Of a stretch of DNA of 15,008 nucleotides, positions 7,753-15,008 are shown in pieces (the stretch's first letter is position 1; each line of letters starts with the position of its first letter). Both the position numbers and the translations under genes were made by a program. Source of the DNA: Octopus sinensis (lineage: Eukaryota); the NCBI RefSeq assembly GCF_006345805.1, contig NW_021825536.1:1-15008 (forward strand), read 5' to 3'. Under the pieces are notes generated by a model that was given only the letters and a program-made list of their open reading frames with translations, did not search any database and was not told the DNA's origin.

Positions 7753-7795
7753 CGCCTGAAAGTTACTCTCCTTAAATTAGAAATCATTATAACAG

Positions 7796-7962
7796 ATGTG
7801 CGTTGGCTGAATCTTTTCAGCCTTGGAAAAACATACCTTGCAGCATTTCTGCAGGCTTTTTACATTCTGAGATAGAATTTCGCCGTGGTCAACTTCCTAT
7901 TCATCCTTTCAGTATCGATAACATAAAGCCCAAGTCAAGTATAATGTCGATGGAATTGACTG
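7796..7962 (+). mobile_element. degenerate tRNA-derived SINE (octopus OK-like)
   Basis: TGGCTGAATC A box and central TTCGCCGTGGTCAAC..TTCATCCTTTCAGTATCGATAA. Homologous to 7543-7697. Confidence 0.7.
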
Positions 7963-8039
7963 AATCCGATTACCTAAAATAACTGGCTTTTTGCTAAACT
8001 CCGAAGCCATTACGATTCTTTATAATCTGGGGCCTTATT

Positions 8040-8680
8040 TTGTCAAGGTCACATTCTGTCGAGGTCACCTTATGCAGTGGTTACATTCACCTTCCATCCT
8101 TTTGGAACCGTTAAAGAAGTACCAGATGAACACTAGATTAATGGTAATTCCTAGCTTTCTAGTTCCTAGTTTCCTAATTTTCCACTTCGGCTTCTGATAT
8201 TTCTCACCTTTCTCACTTTCCTTCTCATTCACCCCGTGCTTCACGGTGAAGTGATATCCACAATAATTACTTCTTTTCTACGACAACAATGTCAGACTCT
8301 CTAGCCACAATAAAATGGTCACACTAGATGGTGAAGTCCCGCAAGATCTTATACTGTTCGTTTTCATCCACCACTTCCGGTTGGTGCTCACGCCATCTCG
8401 CACCTCCCTTCATGTCATACTTGTGACAGCGCTTCCAGTGAATCATAATGACGATGTTGTCATGCCTTCTCTTGTACTCTTTCTGTGCAAGCATCTTATA
8501 GTCACTAATACTGTGGTTTATTGTTTTACCTTTCTCATTATATAACCTACAAAGTGGGCAAGTCATTGACTTCTCAAGATTGAACTTAGTTTGTTCCCAG
8601 TGCCTGTTCTCGCATTGGAAAGATATGGGCTTAAGTTCCAACTCTCAAGTCGCTTTTCCTAGTCCATTCCCATATCTTCA
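8040..8680 (-). mobile_element. 5'-truncated, decayed RLE-type non-LTR retrotransposon (R4/Dong-like): zinc knuckle and restriction-like endonuclease
   Basis: Across stops and frameshifts: WEWTRKSDL..EQAL..KFNLEKSMTCPLCRL..TINH..LAQKEYKRRHDN..IHW..W.EHQPEVV.EN..KILRDFTI*CDHFIVARESDIVVVEK / IIVDITSP / VNEKESEK.EKYQ. Confidence 0.9.
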
Positions 8681-8919
8681 ATGGCTGCAAAACAATCTTA
8701 AGCACACAACCATGCATGTGCGTATGTAGTATTTGTTTTCTCTGACTCTGCTTACAAGAGCCGTAACGCAACTCTAATAAAACAGTGAGTTTAACTGATA
8801 TAAACTCTACGGCTTGTTATTGTTATCATTCTTTTATATATATATATCTGTCTATCTGATTGTTTAATTTCTAAACAATTCTATTTCTCTGCATTTGTTT
8901 ATATTTACTTAGCGATTCG

Positions 8920-9000
8920 TCCGCTGCTATGTCAGTAAAGTAAGCAAGAGAAAGGCTTCACTTCAACGAAGATGTTCACTGACGCAGAAACATGTCCGGA
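8920..9000 (+). ncRNA. possible decayed hammerhead-like motif
   Basis: TCCG | CTGC.. | TGTCAGT..ACTGACG | CA | GAAA | CATG | TC^ | CGGA. The CUGANGA box is incomplete. Confidence 0.2.
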
Positions 9001-9149
9001 GTTGTCTCCCGTACTGTACTCGCCGGAACTATATGAAAGATTAATATCAATCAACGACTAATAATACATTTGTTCCACTGCATATTTAATTCTTACTTCA
9101 GCTTTTTATGGTCGATGCATTACATATTCTGATACGGACTGACATCTTT

Positions 9150-9264
9150 TCCTTTCTCTTTCCCTCTCTCTCTTGCTTCCTCTCTCCCTCTATCGTATAT
9201 ATACATACACACACATAAATATATATACATATATATTATATATATATATATACACATACACTCC

Positions 9265-9295
<31 letters not shown>

Positions 9296-9311
9296 ATATA
9301 TACATATATAT

Positions 9312-9342
<31 letters not shown>

Positions 9343-9384
9343 ATGTATGCATATATATATATATATGTATATGTACATATATAC

Positions 9385-9430
<46 letters not shown>

Positions 9431-9466
9431 GTGTGTGTGTGTGTGTGTGTGTGTTGTATATACATA
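9150..9466. repeat. compound (CT)/(TA)/(CA)/(GT) microsatellite
   Basis: Visible directly. Confidence 0.95.
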
Positions 9467-9740
9467 CACGTGTTTTATTTACCTTCTTGTGAGTATGAAT
9501 CTATTTATCTTCGTCTATCGTTGTCTAACAATATATTTTTTCACTACCAACCAAGCCTTCTGTTTTACTATTTAACTATTTCCAAGACAGAACACTTATC
9601 ATTATAGCTATCGATCCGACAATCTATCTGTTTCACTTTGATGCGCTTTTTTCTTTCCTTTTCTTATTTTTGTTTGTTTTTTGTTTTTTTGTCTGTTTTC
9701 TTCTTTATCTATTCACATTTGTAGTTTTATCTATGCAAGC

Positions 9741-9907
9741 AGGCGCAAGCATCGGTGAGTGATTAAGAACTTCGCTTCGCAACCAAGAGATCTCAGTTTC
9801 GATACAACTGCACAGCATCTTGAGTAAGTGTCTTTAGTGTATCCTTTGATCTACACAAGTCTTGTGAGGAAAACTAGGAATATGGAAATTGTGCGGAAGC
9901 CTACCGT
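9741..9907 (+). mobile_element. 5' half of a tRNA-derived SINE, same family as 5167-5594
   Basis: GTGAGTGATTAAGAACTTCGCTTCGCAACC..CAGTTTCGAT..CATCTTGAGTAAGTGTCTT..CTTGTGAG..GGAAATTGTGCGGAAGCC is collinear with 5175-5320. Confidence 0.75.
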
Positions 9908-10053
9908 TCAAAAGCTCAATTTTGTCCCGCACGACTAGCTGTAGGTATCCCTTTTACGTTACGAACGTAACGTGGAACAATCAGCAACTTACATTTTCAT
10001 TTAACGAACCGTATGTTCAACTGAACGAACAGCTTAATGGTTATATACATAGA

Positions 10054-10240
10054 TGTGTGTGTGCGCGCGCGCGCACGTATTATGTATATGCGTGTGTGTG
10101 CTTACATGTATAGATAATATATGAACACATATGTGTGTATATATATGTGAGTGTATATATGTGTACCATATGTACGTATGCAAGCATGTAAGTACACATG
10201 TATGTTCATGACGTTTGAATCTTGCTTGCACGTGTGTACG
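10054..10240. repeat. degenerate (GT)/(CG)/(TA) alternating purine-pyrimidine tract
   Basis: Visible directly. Confidence 0.9.
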
Positions 10241-10619
10241 TGTTCGCGTGCATGCACCTGAATTAAAAATACCCATATAACTTAATTTAGTTAAGTGGTG
10301 AATACCAAAGTAACGATGGCAAAGAATGGGGCGACCCTTCAGTCTTGTATGCCTTCAACGAGGGGCAATCAATGAGGAGATATCGAGAAAAGAAATGCAA
10401 TAACAAAGCATTACCAATGAAAATAATTCTGAGAAGCAAAAATAAAAAAAAAGAAGGGAGAGAGATGGGGGGGGGAGAAATGAAGAACAGAAACATTCAC
10501 AATCCGGGCATTCATAGAATTACTAATAACTGCAATTCTTGAAGTTACAACAACAACAACACAACATCGCTCTAATCAAGAAGCAAAATATATAACATAC
10601 AACACACCAATTTGCCACT

Positions 10620-10630
10620 ATATATATATG

Positions 10631-10683
<53 letters not shown>

Positions 10684-10790
10684 TTCTGTGTGTATTTGTG
10701 TGGATGGCTGGATGTGTGTCTATGTTTGCTTTTGTGTGTGTGTGTGTGTGTGTACAAGTATTATGTATATATGTGCATATATGTATAACT
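10620..10790. repeat. (TA)n and degenerate (GT)n microsatellite
   Basis: Visible directly. Confidence 0.9.
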
Positions 10791-11139
10791 ATAAACAGCT
10801 ACATTTTACTTGACTAGAAGCGTTTATGCAAATAACGAAGCGATACAAATCAATCTTCCTTTGTTTTGTTATTTGTTTTTAGCCCTTTCTATTTTCAAGC
10901 GACTTTTAACAAACTAAAGAAAAACTGAAAAAAGTAAACAAAAGATTATCCCATTATCATAATCATAATTACTGACATTATCGTTTCTGATGTCGCTCTC
11001 ATGACAAGTAACACACCAAAGCACAATTGCTGTGACATCAACAAAAAATAACAGTCACATCTATTTCAAATCTTACTCGAACATCGTTTTCAAGAAAGAT
11101 AAGACGCTCTGGATACTGTAGTCTCGTATACTGCAACTG

Positions 11140-11453
11140 GCTCTCTGTCGGTTATGATGACGAGGGTTCCACTCCATCTGATCAATGGAACAAACTGCTG
11201 GTAAAATTGACCTGCAAGTGTCTAAGAACAGCCCCCAAAATGCGTACCTTTAACGTAGTTCTTAGGAAGATTCAGCGTGAAACAACGTGACAAGGCTGGC
11301 CCTTTGAATAAAAGTAGAACTCATTTTTGCTAGCTGAGTTAACTCGGAGCAACGTAAAATAGATTCTTGCTGAAGGTTACAATGCACTGCAAGGAATCGA
11401 ATTCCCGACCATATGGGCCGTATGTTCCTATTCACTAAGACACACACCTCCAC
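11140..11453 (-). mobile_element. full-length tRNA-derived SINE; inverted homolog of 13530-13846
   Basis: The reverse complement has the B box GGGAATTCGATTCC and is collinear with 13530-13846 through ..CAGCTAGCAAAAATGAGT..AAAGGGCCAGCC..GTTCCATTGATCAGA..ACCGACAGAGAG. Confidence 0.85.
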
Positions 11454-11599
11454 ATATATAAAATGTTGGAATAGAATGAGGGAATTCTTCGTAACTGATA
11501 CGTCGTTGGCCACCAATCTACTCGGTCAAGAGTGACCAGCGGTTAGACATTAAAAATAACAATAATAACAGCCATGAAGCATCTAATTTTATGGTTCTG

Positions 11600-11770
11600 T
11601 TTGCTAGAATTAGCAGTCAAACGTCTCTTAAATCGCACTCTACCCCCTGGGAAAGGTTACACTAATCAAGGTATTTAGAAATGCTGAGAAATACAGAATG
11701 GCTGGAATGGCTTTTACAGAAGATCTGCTCCATTAGACATGACCTGGAGAGAAATAACATCAACAACAAC
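11600..11770 (+). mobile_element. diverged copy of the interspersed repeat duplicated at 12444-13160
   Basis: TAGAATTAGCAGTCAAA..AGATCTGCTCCATTAGACATGACCTGG + (CAA)n tail, compared with TAGAAATAGCAACCAA..AGATCTCCTTAATCAGGACCGACCTAGG. Confidence 0.5.
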
Positions 11771-11947
11771 AATATTATACAGTTCAATATTTAAGAGATG
11801 AGGAATTACGCACATTATTTACATTATTTACATTTGACGGATATTTGTTCTCATCTTTTTTATTGTTAACATGACTTATATGGCGTATTGGTTAAGAGCG
11901 CGGGCAACTAACCACAAGATTCCGAGTTTGATTCCAGGCAGTGACCT

Positions 11948-12024
11948 TAATAATAATAATAATTAATAATTAGAAGAAGAAGAAGAAGAAGAAGAAGAAG
12001 AAGAAGAAGAAGAAGAAGAAGAAG

Positions 12025-12060
<36 letters not shown>

Positions 12061-12070
12061 AATAACAACA
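11948..12070. repeat. compound (TAA)n(GAA)n(CAA)n repeat
   Basis: Visible directly. Confidence 0.95.
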
Positions 12071-12120
12071 ATATTGAAAAATACCCTGGGAATGAGAACC
12101 CAGGTTCGAAATTTTCCCAA

Positions 12121-12166
12121 GACACCTGATGAAGGCTGGAGAGTATATCAGCCAAAATGTTGTGTT
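12121..12166 (+). ncRNA. minimal type I hammerhead ribozyme, inactivated by CpG decay
   Basis: GACAC | CTGATGA | A | GGCTG-10nt-CAGCC | AAAA | TG | TT^ | GTGTT. Restoring three CpGs gives the canonical GAAA-CG-UC^. Confidence 0.75.
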
Positions 12167-12443
12167 AGCAACAAACAAGATGAGGACAAATATCCGTCCT
12201 CATCTTATGCAAATAATGTGAATAACAATATTTTACATACAGGGCGTAGCAATATAACCTCTGATTCACCTTTCTTTATAAGCGTTTAAAACGTTTATTA
12301 AGATTTGGGAATCTGAGTTGGGTTTCTGCCGCACCCTGTATGACTGATGTCAAAATCCAAAATTAGCAGCAATAAGAGGAATAAGAGCAGAGTCGGTCTC
12401 AAAACCATCAGCATCAACAACAATGAAAATGTGAAAATTAAAA

Positions 12444-13160
12444 ATCAACAACGATGCTTCAACATAGTCACGGGCAACATGCAACCATGAATTATTTTAG
12501 TTGTGCGACCCGTTTGATGATGAGTGATGTCTCATTCGGCTTATTTCTAAAAAAAAAGTTGCCTCTGCTTGCTCTATATTATCCCCCGACATTTTAGAAA
12601 TAGCAACCAAGAGTCACACCGTGTTGCCTGCACAAAAAAAAAAGAGATAGATTGGATAATGTTGCCCTGTATACACCATACTGAAAAAAAATGGTGTGGT
12701 TTGCTGCAGCGTCATTGATTATAGATCTCCTTAATCAGGACCGACCTAGGGCTAAACAGCATCAAACTCAAGATTAAAAATAAGGGAATCTACCGAAAAT
12801 TAGAACTCAACGAAGATGCTTTTACATTAGCCATGGGCAACATGCAACCCTCGAGCCGATGAAGTTACTGAATGACACGCTCAACGAAAGATTGCCTGTT
12901 GATGAGCCATGTCCCATGCGGATTGTAAAAGGGTACACATGCTTGCTCTGTATTATCACTCGACATTCTAGAAATAATATACAAAATTTATACCCCATTT
13001 CCTTAAAAAAAAAGAAGAATGTTGTCCTGTATACACCATACTGTTAAAACTGGTGTAGTTTTTGCTGCAGCGTCATTGATCACAGATCTCTTTGATCAGG
13101 ACCGACCTTGGGCTAAACAACGACAAAATCAAGTATAAAAACTAATGAAGCTACCGAATT
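12444..13160 (+). repeat. old tandem duplication of a ~362-bp repeat-derived unit
   Basis: GGGCAACATGCAACC at 12472 and 12835; CTACCGAA at 12790 and 13151; shared TGTATACACCATACTG, GCTGCAGCGTCATTGAT and TCAGGACCGACCT blocks. Confidence 0.85.
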
Positions 13161-13529
13161 TCGTGAGTCTTATTAATTCGTAGTTTTTACTATTTATTGT
13201 AGATGTTGTTTCTGTTGTTTAGCTCAAATATACATTTCCCCAATCGCTAACTTCTGTATGTTTTCGTACTTTGCATATATGTTTATTAACATTAGGAAAA
13301 ACTTTGCATCTCTTTACATTCTAAATCTAAATCTCGCTATCGTTCACTTTACGTACTAAACTTGACTTTAAATCAAAATGGTGCGCAATTTTATCGAGCT
13401 TTGATCGTATATTTTTGCTGCATTGAACAAGTGAATAACAATTGTTTTTTCGTCTTCCGAGTGTTGATAAATTAATAACTCCTGACGTGCTGGAATTAGA
13501 TCCACCCGTACATTCCCCTATCGAACTAG

Positions 13530-13846
13530 TGAAACACTAGGTTAGGGTATTAGGCTCACGATCGTAAGGTTGTGAGTTCGATTCCCGGCAGCGCATTATG
13601 CTCTTGAGCAAGACATTTTATTCCACGTTAATCCAGTTCGCGCTCAGCTGGCAAGAATGAGTAATACCTTTAACAGAAAGGGCCAAACTTGTTGCATTCT
13701 GTGTTACACTGAATGTCACCGAGAACTATGTGAAAGGCTCGCGTGCTTGTAGACTGCTCAGACGCTTGCACATTAATTTCAGGAGAATGCTGTTCCGTTG
13801 ATCGGACCAACTGCTACTCGCATCGTCGCAACCGATGGAGTGCCAC
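13530..13846 (+). mobile_element. full-length tRNA-derived SINE
   Basis: TAGGTTAGG A-box region and GAGTTCGATTCC B box, followed by CTTGAGCAAGACA..CAGCTGGCAAGAATGAGT. Homologous to 11140-11453 (-). Confidence 0.85.
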
Positions 13847-13984
13847 GTTTCTTATGAACAAAACCTCAATTTGCGCATTAGACATGCCACAAATAGCAGT
13901 CAAATCTCTATTAAATTAATTTCAAGGATCTTTAAAAGAGAAGGCACGCTGTTGCGTTATATAGTCATATTAGATGAATCGAAT

Positions 13985-14146
13985 GGTTATGGCAGAAATA
14001 TCTTTCATCATAATTCTGGCAGCAGAAGGCTTTACGATGTTTATTCTAAGCCTTTCAGGTCTGAGTTCAAATCTCATGGATATAACTGCTGCTTTACATC
14101 ACTTCAGGATCCGAAGTCAAGTATTCGCCAAGTACTAGGGTCCGTT
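13985..14146 (+). mobile_element. degenerate tRNA-derived SINE (octopus OK-like)
   Basis: TGGCAGAA.., CTGAGTTCAAATC and 3' AAGTACTAGGGTC, as in 7543-7697. Confidence 0.65.
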
Positions 14147-14157
14147 TATTCCCCTCT

Positions 14158-14221
<64 letters not shown>

Positions 14222-14250
14222 ACTCCCACTCTCTCCCTCTCTTTCTCAGT
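14158..14250. repeat. (CT)n microsatellite
   Basis: Visible directly. Confidence 0.95.
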
Positions 14251-14459
14251 CGGTATCTCTTTGGTCCTAAATCACTAGTATGATGTAGCCACTTACAACC
14301 GTTTCTCCAGCACTTGGACACGAAATTAAAGACAGGTTGACAAGGGGTTTCGGAATATTCAAGAACGACAAAAATTATACAACAGTAAGAACAACCACAA
14401 CAACAACACCCAAAACTATCCTCTTCTTCATTATCATTACTACAACAAATATTATACAC

Positions 14460-14641
14460 TATACACACACATAAATGTTTGTCATGCACACACGCACGCA
14501 CACACACATATATATATACATATAACATATATATACATAAATGTTTATCTCTCTCTCTCTCTCTCTCTGTATATATATATATATATGTATATGTGTTTAT
14601 ATATATATACATATATATTTAAGCATACAAGTATTTACATA

Positions 14642-14673
<32 letters not shown>

Positions 14674-14710
14674 AAGGCATGTATATGTGTACGTAGGTAC
14701 GTATATATCA
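14460..14710. repeat. compound (CA)/(TA)/(CT) microsatellite
   Basis: Visible directly. Confidence 0.9.
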
Positions 14711-15008
14711 TTGAAAGAGAGATAACTTTGTTGGCACTTCCTCTAATTTATCCTAATAAACACAATCACAATCTGACAACTGCTTTTTAAAATCGAGTTT
14801 GTCTTTCGTTCTTTCCGATGCCTTCTCGAAAGCAGAGGAATGTCTGTTGTCTTTTCTCTTAATGTGTTTTATTTTTGGTTTCTTTTCTTCTGTTATTTTT
14901 TCCCCTCTCCCTGCAAATTCGGGCCATTTATTTATACATCTATCTATATAACTATCTAATTGGCCTTCTCACAATCAGTGAATCAGAGACTTTGGCTGCT
15001 TTCCTTTC

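Larger units (their letters stand above)
11795..12225 (+). mobile_element. composite non-autonomous element: inverted 3'-end copy + tRNA-like head + triplet linker + hammerhead-bearing tail
   Basis: The reverse complement of 11836-11875 matches 12159-12198 at 34/40. A box at 11881-11891, B box at 11926-11935, (TAA)(GAA)(CAA) at 11948-12070, HHR at 12121-12166. Confidence 0.7.

Noticed and set aside
8913-8939. 27-nt microexon candidate (AG..GTAAGC)
   Set aside because: It is supported by splice-like motifs only, has no coding support, and overlaps the HHR-like fossil.
9956-9973. Perfect 8-bp hairpin ACGTTACG-AA-CGTAACGT
   Set aside because: It is isolated and short, with no associated element or motif.
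11881-11947. Functional tRNA gene
   Set aside because: A and B boxes are present, but the acceptor, anticodon and T stems do not pair, and it runs into a repeat tail. It is treated as a SINE head.
13835-14278. 147-aa ORF
   Set aside because: It runs through a degenerate SINE and a (CT)n tract, with no domain signal.

Overview
AT-rich, microsatellite-saturated non-coding eukaryotic DNA. The tRNA-headed SINE families match ones I recall from Octopus, so a cephalopod origin is inferred. No complete gene is present. About ten SINE/interspersed-repeat copies and a decayed R4/Dong-like RLE non-LTR retrotransposon 3' end (8040-8680, -) are recognisable. The main unexplained signal is a set of type I hammerhead ribozymes (HHRs) with palindromic stem III, the dimer-type architecture known from Penelope-like elements (PLEs). 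(1) A ~540-bp head-to-tail unit (3493-4465) carries one canonical HHR per unit on the - strand and is followed by a ~580-bp inverted copy (4470-5050) with a third HHR. (2) A separate core-intact HHR (5724-5811, -) lies directly downstream of a probable GIY-YIG fossil. (3) A composite element (11795-12225) joins a Pol III tRNA-like head, a triplet-repeat linker and a CpG-decayed minimal HHR; it is preceded by an inverted copy of its own 3' end whose breakpoint is 3 nt from the predicted cleavage site. (4) Several weaker, decayed HHR-like motifs are also present. All folds were read by eye; none was computed or tested. The indel-rich divergence within the 540-bp array could partly be long-read or assembly error.
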